Source of the DNA: Mytilus californianus
Lineage: Eukaryota
Direction of reading: 5' to 3'
Assembly (NCBI RefSeq): GCF_021869535.1
Contig: NW_026262712.1
Location: 65,782,001-65,846,000, forward strand
DNA: 64,000 bases
Shown: in pieces, positions 13,241 through 23,610 of the stretch
Layout: every line of letters starts with the position of its first letter
Numbering within the stretch: the stretch's first letter is position 1
Position numbers and translations under genes: made by a program
The notes under the pieces: generated by a model
What the model was told of the DNA's origin: nothing
The model's input: only the letters and a program-made list of their open reading frames with translations
The model's database searches: none

Positions 13241-13522
13241 GGGAGCTACCATTTGATTTTTATGGGGGAGCTAGGATGAAATTTGAAAAAAAAATAGGCA
13301 GGACAGGAGTTTTGAGTAAAAAAAAAAGGCAGGATGAGTCTTTTGCAAAAAAAAAAGTCAGGACGACAATTTAGGTAAAAAAAAGTCAGGATAAACTAAA
13401 AAAAAAAGGCAGGACCGAATAGAGTGGAAAATAAAAAGGCAGGACAGAGATTACAGCTAAAAAAAAGCAGGACAAATCCTAGCCCCCCCCCCCCCCCCCA
13501 TAAAAATCAAATGGTAGCCCCC
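13241..13522. mobile_element. PIF/Harbinger (Tourist-like) MITE
   Basis: TIRs GGGAGCTACCATTTGATTTTTATGGGGG / CCCCCATAAAAATCAAATGGTAGCCCCC, TTA target duplication on both sides, internal AAAAGGCAGGA repeats. Confidence 0.85.
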
Positions 13523-14059
13523 TTATGTAATTTGCATATATGTCTTTATGTAATATAGATTTTTACCAATAAAACGACATCAAAACTGTAATTTTATATC
13601 TAATATTTCTTAAAACAAAAACAAAAACCGATCACTAGAAAAAATTTAGAAATATAAATAGAAATATATATGGAAAGCCCCAAAAAAAGAAATTCATAGT
13701 GAAAACCTACCTGACACCGCTTAAATGACGGTGTGACCCCCTGTTCTTTCAATGGCCATAAAATTCATAGACTCTGTATAAATAAAGATTGTATCAAAAG
13801 GATTTCCCAGAATAATGTCATCTTCGATATCTACGGAGGGCTTAGATTGTCACTTTTCAGCTAAAAATTGTCAAAATTTCAGGACAAAGGGCACAGGGCA
13901 ATGGTGAGAGCCCCCTGATCTCTCAATATTTCTAATATTATGCAGACATTTAGTAAATAGGTAGATACAAACTTGACTAAAAGGAATTTGGGTACACTTC
14001 TTGTCTTCTATGTTTACGGAGCGCCCAAAGTGCCAGTTGGATATTCAAAATATATAGTG

Positions 14060-14700
14060 AAAACCTACCTGAGACCGCTTAAATGAGGGTGAGACCCCCC
14101 TGGTCTTTCAATGTCCATAAAAATTATTGTTATATAATAAAGATAAAACAAAAAGAGCGCTGGACACAGGGCAGGCGGTGTTGTCTCGATATCCCAATAG
14201 CATGAGTTCGAATCCCGTCGAGGGAAGAACAAAAATTTGCTTCCGCAAATTTGCAGATTTAACATTCTTGTGCTGATATTTAGAGTAATTATGAATATAA
14301 TATGTGTTTTCAGCCATGAATCACCTTCACTGGTGATCCAATGGATGGAGTTGTCACTTGTTTAGACGTACCTATCAAAATAATTATTTCTGTGACTGTA
14401 TCTTACGATCCTTTACGATAGATATTTAGCTAATCTGCAATCAATTCAATTTCAGGCCTAATATATCATGTACTGTGTTACAACTCTAGATTCTACTGAC
14501 GGGGAAAGGTAACACTAGGCCACTGAAAGCTGAATTATTAGTTCAGTCTAGGTGGCCGTGAAGTCTAGAGCGCTGGACACAGTGCAGGCGGTGTTGTCTC
14601 GATATCCCAATAGCATGAGTTCGAATCCCGGCGAGGGAAGAACAAAAATTTGCTTCGCAAATTTGCAGATTTAACATTGTTGTGCTGATATATAGAATAA
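14060..14700 (+). repeat. tRNA-head-containing repeat in tandem (413-bp period, ~1.4 units); other pieces at 12885-12995, 20870-20990 (inverted), 22435-22560
   Basis: GAGCGCTGGACACAG..GAGTTCGAATCCC at 14155 and 14568; A-box-like TGGCCGTGAAG near 14552. Confidence 0.7.
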
Positions 14701-15194
14701 TTATATATATATATATATATATAATTATATTTATGCTTTCCTCCTTCAACCCAAACAAACCACCAGTGGTTTAACATTCACTTGTGTGCGTCAGCAAGTA
14801 GCTTTTTTTACATTCTATTTGGGCAATGCATAAATAAAAAGAGAGACAAGAAGGTGAATTGTTTTGTACACTTTTAGGCGTTTATATAATTTATTTGTTG
14901 TGTATCTGTATCGTTACTCGTAACAATCCAGCGCCCTCGTAAGAAAGATCGTTGACTAATATCTAGACGTTTTATATATATATATATATAAATGCGGTTT
15001 TTATACAACGCAATCATAGCTTTGAATGTTGTTTTCAATTTAGACTTGTTTATATTTTTTCGTTTGGGCTTGTATTATATATTTGCCTTCGGGTTTATAT
15101 AATCCGTTCATCCTATTTTGACTCTTCAAAATTCAAGAGTCAATCCTTAATTGAGGTAAATTATATGGCCTACCAAATACCGTTTCGATTCCTA

Positions 15195-15238
15195 ACATCA
15201 CTGAAGAGACATTAATTGTCGAAATCGGGATATGGTGT
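15195..15238 (+). ncRNA. Minimal type I hammerhead ribozyme, unit 1 (core intact, stem III non-palindromic)
   Basis: ACATCA-CTGAAGA-GACA ttaat TGTC-GAAA-TCGGGA-TA-TGGTGT. Confidence 0.7.
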
Positions 15239-15698
15239 ACAAATTTTTGCACCTCATGTTTGCGGTATACCATCTTTTCCGCAAGTATATTGTTTTCTGT
15301 TTGGTATTAACTTAATAATTAAGATCCATTTTGTTAAATCTGGTGATCCGTTAAGAACATCCGTTGTTCGATCTGCTAGTCAAATGCGTTTTGTTAAAAT
15401 ATACTTTTTCACTTTTTTGGTCTTTTGGAAAATGTTGTTTGTGCTGTATTTAGACCCCTCTAACAAGAACTTTGTTTTGCATGCACACGTATAAAAATTG
15501 CGGTTTTTATCCAACCCAATCATAGTTTTGAACGTTGTTTTCAATTTAGACTTGTTTATATTTTTTCGTTTGGGCTTGTTTTATATTTGCCTTCGGGTTT
15601 ATATGATCCGTTCATCCAATTTTGACTCCTCAAAATTCAAGAGTCTTTCCCAAATTGAGGTAGATTGTATGGCTTTCCAAAAACCGTTTCGATTCCTA

Positions 15699-15741
15699 AC
15701 ATCACTGAAGAGACATCAATTGTCGAAATCCGGATATGTGT
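15699..15741 (+). ncRNA. Minimal type I hammerhead ribozyme, unit 2 (intact core)
   Basis: ACATCA-CTGAAGA-GACA tcaat TGTC-GAAA-TCCGGA-TA-TGTGT (stem I with one bulge). Confidence 0.75.
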
Positions 15742-16235
15742 ACAAAAACATTTGCACCTTTTTTTGCGGTATACCATCTTTTCCGCAAGTTTATTGTTTT
15801 CTGTTTAGTATTAAATTTATAATTGTGATCCATTTATTACATCGGTGATCCGTTTATTTGGCAATCGCCAATGGCAGTCAGCAGGGTTTAAGAACATTTG
15901 TTGTTCGATCTGTTAGTCAAATGCGTTTTGTTAAAATATACTTTTTCACTTGTTTGGTCTTTTGGAAAATGTTGTTTGTGCTGTATTTAGACCCCTCTAA
16001 CAAGAAATTTGTTTTGCATGCACACGTATAAAAATTGCGGTTTTTATCCAACTCAATCATAGGTTTGAACGTTGTTTTAAATTTAGGCTTGTTTATATTT
16101 TTTCGTTTGGGCTTGTATTATATTTGCCTTAGGGTTTATATGATCCGTTCATCCTATTTTGACTCTTCAAAATTCAAGAGTCTATCCCAAATTGAGGTAA
16201 ATTGTATGGCTTTCCAAAAACCGTTTCGATTCCTA

Positions 16236-16278
16236 ACATCACTGAAGAGACATCAATTTTCGAAATCCGGATATGTGT
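16236..16278 (+). ncRNA. Hammerhead unit 3 (core intact, stem II mismatch)
   Basis: CTGAAGA-GACA tcaat TTTC-GAAA-TCCGGA-TA. Confidence 0.55.
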
Positions 16279-16773
16279 ACAAAAACATTTGCACCTTTTT
16301 TTTGCGGTATACCATCTTTTCCGCAAGTTTATTGTTTTCTGTTTAGTATTAAATTTATGATTAAGATCCATTCATTACATCGGTGATCCGTTTATTTGGC
16401 AATCGCCAATGGCAGTCAGCAGGGTTTAAGAACATTTGTTGTTCGACCTGTTAGTCAAATGCGTTTTGTTAAAATATACTTTTTCACTTTTTTGGTCTTT
16501 TGGAACATGTTGTTTGTGCTGTATTTAGACCCCTCTAACAAGAATTTTTTTTTGCATGCACACGTATAAAAATTGCGGTTTTTATCCAACGCAATCATAG
16601 GTTTGAATGTTGTTTTCAATTTAGGCTTGTTTATATTTTTTCGTTTGGGCTTGTATTATATTTGCCTTAGGGTTTAAATGATCCGTTCATCCTATTTTGA
16701 CTCCTCAAAGTTCAAGAGTCTATCCTAAATTGAGGTAAATTGTTGGGCTTTCAAAATACCGTTTTGATTCCTA

Positions 16774-16817
16774 ACATCAATGAAGATACATTGTTTGTCA
16801 AAATCCGGATATGGTGT
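16774..16817 (+). pseudogene. Hammerhead unit 4, core mutated
   Basis: ATGAAGA instead of CTGAAGA and AAAA instead of GAAA. Confidence 0.7.
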
Positions 16818-17304
16818 ACAAAAACCTTTGCACCTTTCGTTTGCGGTATATAATCTTTTCTGCAAGTTTATTGTTTTCTGTTTAGTATTAAATTTTAAAT
16901 TGTGATCCATTTATTACATCGGTGATCCGTTTATTTGGCAATCGCCAATGGCAGTCAGCAGGGTTTAGGAACATTTGTTGTTCGACCTGTTAGTCAAATG
17001 CGTTTTGTTAAAATATACTTTTTCACTTTTTTGGTGAAAATGTTGTTTGTGCTGTATTTAGACCCCTCTAACAAGAAATTTGTTTTGCATGCACACGTAT
17101 AAAAATTGCGGTTTTTATCCAACGCAATCATAGGTTTGAACGTTGTTTTCAATTTAGACTTGTTTATATTTTTCGTTTGGGCTTGTATTATATTTGCCTT
17201 CGGGTTTATATGATCCGTTAATCCAATTTTGACTCCTCAAAATTCAAGAGTCTATCCCAAATTGAGATAAATTGTATGACTTTCCAAAACCGTTTCGATT
17301 CCTA

Positions 17305-17347
17305 ACATCACTGAAGAGACATCAATTGTCGAAATCCGGATATGTGT
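17305..17347 (+). ncRNA. Minimal type I hammerhead ribozyme, unit 5 (intact core)
   Basis: ACATCA-CTGAAGA-GACA tcaat TGTC-GAAA-TCCGGA-TA-TGTGT. Confidence 0.75.
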
Positions 17348-17841
17348 ACAAAAACATTTGTACCTTTTGTTTGCGGTATATCATCTTTTCCGCAAGTTTA
17401 TTGTTTTCTGTTTAGTATTAAATTTATAATTAAGATCCATTTATAACATCGGTGATCCGTTTATTTGGCAATCGCCAATGGCAGTCAGCAGGGTTTAAGA
17501 ACATTTGTTGTTCGACCTGTTAGTTAAATGCGTTTTGTTAAAATATACTTTTTCACTTTTTAGGTCTTTTGGAAAATGTTGTTTGTGCTGTATTTAGACC
17601 CCTCTAACAAGAAATTTGTTTTGCATGTACACGTATAAAAATTGCGGTTTTTATCCAACGCAATCATAGGTTTGAACGTTGTTTTTAATTTAGACTTGTT
17701 TATATTTTTCGTTTGGGCTTGTATTATATTTGCCTTCGGGTTTATATGATCCGTTCATCCAATTTTAACTCCTCAAAATTCATGAGTCTTTCCCAAATTG
17801 AGGTAAATTGTATAGCTTTCCAAAAACCGTTTCGATTCCTA

Positions 17842-17885
17842 ACATCACTGGAAAGACATTATATGTCGAAATCCAGATATGGTGT
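17842..17885 (+). pseudogene. Hammerhead unit 6, core mutated
   Basis: CTGGAAA instead of CTGAAGA; stem III TCCAGA. Confidence 0.7.
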
Positions 17886-18376
17886 ACAAAAACATTTGCA
17901 CCTTTTGTTTGCGGTATATCGTCTTTTCTGCAAGTTTATTGTTTTCTGTTTAGTATTAAATTTAAAATTATGATCGATTTATTACATCGGTGATCTGTTT
18001 ATTTGGCAATCGCCAATGGCAGTCAGCAGGGTTTAAGAACATTTGTTGTTCGACCTGTTAGTCAAATGCGTTTTGTTAAAATATACTGTTTCACTTTTTT
18101 GGTGAAAATGTTGTTTGTGCTGTATTTAGACCCCTCTAACAAGAAATTTGTTTTGCATGCACACGTATAAAAATTGCGGTTTTTATCCAACGACGCAATC
18201 ATAGGTTTGAACGTTGTTTTCAATTTAGACTTGTTTATATTTTTCGTTTGGGCTTGTATTATATTTGCCTTCGGGTTTATATGGTCCGTTCAGCCAATTT
18301 TGACTCCTCAAAATTCAAGAGTCTATCCCAAATTGAGGTAAATTGTATGGCTTTCCAAAAACCGTTTCGATTCCTA

Positions 18377-18419
18377 ACATCACTGAAGAGACATCAATTG
18401 TCGAAATCCGGATATGTGT
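18377..18419 (+). ncRNA. Minimal type I hammerhead ribozyme, unit 7 (intact core)
   Basis: ACATCA-CTGAAGA-GACA tcaat TGTC-GAAA-TCCGGA-TA-TGTGT. Confidence 0.75.
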
Positions 18420-18914
18420 ACAAAAACATTGCACCTTTTTTTTGCGGTAAAACATCTTTTCCGCAAGTTTATTGTTTTCTGTTTAGTATTAAATTGATCA
18501 TTAAGATCCAATTATTACATCGGTGATCCGTTTATTTGGCAATCGCCAATGGCAGTAAGCAGGGTTTAAGAACATTTGTTGTTCGACCTGTTAGGCAAAT
18601 GCGTTTTATTAAAATATACTTTTTCACTTTTTTGGTCTTTTGGAAAATGTTGTTTGTGCTGTATTAAGACCCCTCTAACAACAAATTTGATTTTGCATGC
18701 ACACGTATAAAAATTGCGGTTTTTATCCAACGCAATCATAGGTTTGATCGTTGTTTTCAATTTAGACTTGTTTATATTTTTTCGTTTGGGCTTGTATTAT
18801 ATTTGTCTTCGGGTTTATATGGTCCGTTCAGCCAATTTTGACTCCTCAAAATTCAAGAGGCTATCCCAAATTGAGATAAATTGTATGAATTTCCAAAAAC
18901 CGTTTCGATTCCTA

Positions 18915-18957
18915 ACATCACTGAAGAGACATCAATTGTCGAAATCCGGATATGTGT
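18915..18957 (+). ncRNA. Minimal type I hammerhead ribozyme, unit 8 (intact core)
   Basis: ACATCA-CTGAAGA-GACA tcaat TGTC-GAAA-TCCGGA-TA-TGTGT. Confidence 0.75.
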
Positions 18958-19453
18958 ACAAAAACATTTGCACCTTTTTTTTTGCGGTATACCATCTTTT
19001 CCGCAAGTTTATTGTTTTCTGTTTAGTATTAAATTTATAATTAAGATCCATTTATTACATCGGTGATAAACTTATTTGGCAATCGCCAACGGCAGTCAGC
19101 AGGGTTAAAGAACATTTGTTGTTCGACCTGTTAGTCAAATGCATTTTGTTAAAATATACTTTTTCACTTTTTTGGTCTTTTGGAAAATGTTGTTTGTGCT
19201 GTATTTAGACCCCTCTAACAAGAAATTTGTTTTGCATGCACACGTATAAAAATTGCGGTTTTTATCCAACGCAATCATAGGTTTGAACGTTGTTTTCAAT
19301 TTAGGCTTGTTTATATTTTTTCGTTTGGGCTTGTATTATATTTGCCTTAGGGTTTATATGATCCGTTCATCCTATTTTGACTCTTCAAAATTCAAGAGTC
19401 TATCCTAAATTGAGGTAAATTGTTGGGCTTTCAAAATATCGTTTCGATTCCTA

Positions 19454-19497
19454 ACATCACTGAAGAGACATTGTTTGTTGAAATCCGGATATGGTGT
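19454..19497 (+). ncRNA. Minimal type I hammerhead ribozyme, unit 9 (intact core, full 6-bp stem I)
   Basis: ACATCA-CTGAAGA-GACA ttgtt TGTT-GAAA-TCCGGA-TA-TGGTGT (G-U at base of stem II). Confidence 0.75.
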
Positions 19498-19991
19498 ACA
19501 AAAACCTTTGCACCTTTTGTTTGCGGTATATCATATTTTCCGCAAGTTTATTGTTTTCTGTTTAGTATCAAATTTATAATCATGATCCATTTATTACATC
19601 GGTGATCCGTTTATTTGGCAATCGTCAATGGCAGTCAGCAGGGTTTAAGAACATTTGTTGTTCGACCTGTTAGTCAAATGCGTTTTGTTAAAATATACTT
19701 TTTCACTTTTTTGGACATTTTGAAAATGTTGTTTGTGCTGTATTTAGACCCCTCTAACAAGAAATTTGTTTTGCATGCACACGTATAAAAATTGCGGTTT
19801 TTATCCAACGCAATCATAGGTTTGAACGTTGTTTTCAATTTAGACTTGTTTATATTTTTCGTTTGGGCTTGTATCATATTTGACTCCGGGTTTATATGAT
19901 CCGTTCATCCAATGTTGACTCTTCAAAATTCAAGAGTCTATCCCAAATTGAGGTAAATTGTATGGCTTTCCCAAAACCGTTTCGATTCCTA

Positions 19992-20035
19992 ACATCACTG
20001 AAAAGACATTATTTGTCGAAATCCAGATATGGTGT
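19992..20035 (+). pseudogene. Hammerhead unit 10, core mutated
   Basis: CTGAAAA (G8 to A); stem III TCCAGA. Confidence 0.7.
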
Positions 20036-20377
20036 ACAAAAACATTTGCACCTTTTGTTTGCGGTATATCATCTTTTCTGCAAGTTTATTGTTTTCTGTT
20101 TAGTATTAAATTTAAAATTATGATCGATTTATTACATCGGTGATCTGTTTATTTGGCAATCGCCAATGGCAGTCAGCAGGGTTTAAGAACATTTGTTGTT
20201 CGACCTGTTAGTCAAATGCGTTTTGTTAAAATATACTGTTTCACTTTTTGGTGAAAATGTTGTTTGTGCTGTATTTAGACCCCTCTAAGATGAAATTTGT
20301 TTTGCATGCACACGTATAAAAATTGCGGTTTTTATCCAACGCAATCATAGGTTTGAACGTTGTTTTCGATTAAGACT

Positions 20378-20410
<33 letters not shown>
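20378..20410. repeat. (TA)n microsatellite at right edge of array
   Basis: Direct sequence. Confidence 0.95.
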
Positions 20411-20415
<5 letters not shown>

Positions 20416-21011
20416 GTACAAATTGTAATGTTGTACAAATTATAATTTGTACAGAGTTTTTGTACAAGTTATTAGTGTTTTATGAACCGCTTAACACTAA
20501 TGGATGATGCAAGCACACAGTCTTTTGTTTCGCATATTTCTGTCATATTTCCATGACTACATGATACAGGTTAATACTGAGCATTGATAAAAAACATTAG
20601 AAGAACACATTGGATATGATTTCGATATAAGGAGAAAAATAAAAATTGAATTTAAACCATTCAGGTGTCCTTATTTCCAGTTTGAGGACAAGGAGAATAG
20701 CACTAAATTTTAGGTTGAAGTATATAAATTTGAATTTAAGACATTAAACTGATACATTTTAGAAGATAAACTTTTATTACCTGGTGCAAAAAGGTATGTG
20801 TCAAAAAACTTATAACTTGTACAAAAACCCTGTACAAATTATAATTTGTACAAAATTACATCTTGGACACAACATATATACAACTCGTCTTAACATCAGC
20901 CCAACAATGTTAGATCTGTAAATTTGCTTTCGCAAATTTTTTGTTCTTCCCTCGCCGGGATTCGAACTCATGCTACTGAGATATCGTGACACACATATAT
21001 ATATATATATA

Positions 21012-22180
21012 ATGTCTGAAACCACAACAAAAACTGGATGATTTTATCAAACAACGCCCACCAGTCAATTAAATTCACATAAGAAATTTCAGACTCTAAA
21101 ATATCTTTCTTGGACACAACTACATCTATAAAAAGACCTCTACTGTAAACCTACAGATAAACATCAGTACCTTTCTCCCCAAAGCTTTCAACCACTGTAC
21201 AAAAAGTATCCCGTACTGTCAAGCTCTCAGTCTGAGAGTGAAGCGGATTTGCTCCTCTGAGGAGGTTGTCACTAAACGGTTACAGGAACTTCGCGGATTT
21301 TTGAAATGGGACATAGATAAGGGGTTTGCGCGTGCTAACAATAACAGCCGCAATGACCTATTACAGTACAAATAGAAAAGGCGAGCGAAATAGTTCCGTT
21401 TGTTTTAACATACAATCCCGCCTTTACTAACCTCTCCCGTTTGATCCGTGCCAATTGGCAGATTATTGCCAAACATCCAAAATTATCCAAGATCTTTCCC
21501 AAACCTCCTGTCTTAGCTTTTAGGAGACCAGCAAGTCTGAAAGACTTATTTGTGAGAGCTGGTGTCTCTTCTAATTAAAGCTCTTCAACAGCAGGATGGT
21601 GCAAGTTGTGTGGTAACAGACGATGTCTGACTTGCCAACAAATAATGAACACTCAAACATTTACTTGCCACTCCACTGGGTCCGTATACACTATATATAT
21701 TGCAATGTAACTTGCAAAACCCAGAATGTTTTATACCTTCACCTGGGCACGCCCACGCTGATCTCAAAAACCTTACCATCACTATCATAGACCACAACGA
21801 GAGTCGGTCAAGGGCCGACAGACTTGCTCGGGAAAGTTTTTGGATAAGGAAGTTAAGGACAGTTTCCCCAGAGGTCATTAATGAAAAACATAGAATGAGT
21901 CCCTACCATCACTTGTTTCCAGTAACTCAGGCTTCAGTACAGTACTTAGTTTTAAGGAATTTATTCCTCCTCCCAAACATCAATATTGAAAAGATTTACC
22001 AGCGTATTGATTCATGATAATTTGTATAACGATCAAGATTTCTATTACAGTGTGACTACCACATGTCAAGATAAGAACCATTTGACATCTTACTGATGAA
22101 GGATATTAGTTATCCGACATATTTAACATTTGTTCATGATTTTATTTTATTTTTGTGATGTTGTACTCTATTATATTTAT
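21012..22180 (+). pseudogene. 5'-truncated, decayed Penelope-like retroelement (RT C-terminus, Cys-rich linker, GIY-YIG endonuclease remnant, terminal hammerhead relic)
   Basis: Frame-broken AHQSIKFT*EISDSKISFLDT, DLYCKPTDKHQYL, IPY.QAL..KRICS, PFVLTYNP, FPKPPVLAFRRPASLKDL.VRA, C..CG..RCLTC, NVTCK, LTITIID..RLARESFWIRKLRTVSP..IN; CTGATGA-A-GGATA..TATCC-GACA at 22093-22119. Confidence 0.9.
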
Positions 22181-22684
22181 TCTTTCCTCCTTCAACCCAA
22201 ACAAACCACCAGAGGTTTAACATTCACTTATGTGCGTCAGCAAGTAGCTCATGTTTTTTACATTCTATTTGGGCAATGCATAAATAAAAAGAAAAACAAG
22301 AAGGTGAATTGCGAAATTTTACTTATTCAGAGTAAAACTTTGTTCTCATATAAAAATTAAAAATATATACATTATACATTTGTAAAACAAGATAATAATG
22401 AATGAAAGACATGAAACGATAATACAATAATACAGAATTTGCAGATTTAACACTGTTGTGCTGATATTTAGAGTAATTATGAATATAATATGTGTTTTCA
22501 GTCGTGATCCAATGGATGGATCTGTCGTAGAGTTGTTTCTTGTTTAGACGTACTTATAAATAAATATATATATATATATATATAAACTTAATATGTATTG
22601 GATCATCAAAATTGACAATACTACCACACTTTTTAGTGTTTTGTTTTCCATCTATTTATCGGTATTGTTACACAATCTTTTAGA

Positions 22685-22687
<3 letters not shown>

Positions 22688-22738
<51 letters not shown>
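22688..22738. repeat. (TA)n microsatellite
   Basis: Direct sequence. Confidence 0.95.
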
Positions 22739-22739
<1 letters not shown>

Positions 22740-23610
22740 ATTTACGACTATACAAATTTGATAGATGTTCAATGACAATTTACAGCAACTTATTGTCTAG
22801 ATAATTAAAGTCACGCACGCTTCTATTGGTAAGCATATGAGTTTTAATATGAAAATAAGTAGATGTGGAATGATTGCAAAAACTATTTCACCAAAGTGTA
22901 AATTACATGTATGAAAGGGACAATAGATTCCGTACGACCTTGAACGATGATCACATCATAATCAGCAATGTTTAACAAGGAACAAATTCACACAATAGCA
23001 GTATAGAATTGAGTAAAGAACATTTTTCACCATATATGGTTATTACTTAAAGTCAGTTCCATGAATCAGAAGGAGTGTATAACTTATAATTCTAGAGGCC
23101 AAACAAAAGTCTAAAAAAATCTTTCGATTGGTCGATTTTGCTTTTCAAGAAGTACATAAAGCTTATACGATTAGAATAAAAAGTGTTACCTTGCTTCGAT
23201 TTTTGTCTGACACCTGGTAAGTTGTTAGTATATGTAATAAGGTTAACGCGGTAAATTTAATTAATGGTTTTAACCTAAGAAACGTAATTTTTTCATATTT
23301 TTTTATGTCATTTTGATATTTTAACTTCATTAATTGAATTGTTATTTGAACTGTTTGGTAATGTAGAAAAATATGTAGGTAAGTAAAAATAAAATTAACG
23401 ACTTTTCATTTATTTATGAAACCCCTTTTATTTGTTTAATTACATATTTTGACAACGTCTTCAAAGATTTTTTAAGCGGTCCCGGAAGCATCAACCCTTT
23501 TCCTGATTTAAACATTCTTGGCTTTCAAATACTCCGTTTTTAGTACTTGATAAAGATAAGTCAGAAAAACACTTTCGACGCACGACATTTATAAAGTCAT
23601 GTTTTCATTT

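Larger units (their letters stand above)
14990..20380 (+). repeat. Tandem array of 10 (+ partial) ~538-bp units, each carrying a hammerhead ribozyme motif (retrozyme-like array)
   Basis: Core positions 15201, 15705, 16242, 16780, 17311, 17848, 18383, 18921, 19460, 19998 (spacings 504, 537, 538, 531, 537, 535, 538, 539, 538); bracketed by (TA)n. Confidence 0.95.

Noticed and set aside
14540-14640. tRNA gene, or a Pol III promoter transcribing the ribozyme array
   Set aside because: No complete cloverleaf, A box mutated, and many T4+ runs on the + strand would terminate Pol III.
15216-20143. Repeated 60-116 aa ORFs in the array (MRFLSN...)
   Set aside because: Mostly TTG starts; unit-to-unit indels ignore frame; no recognisable domain. 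By-products of the repeat.
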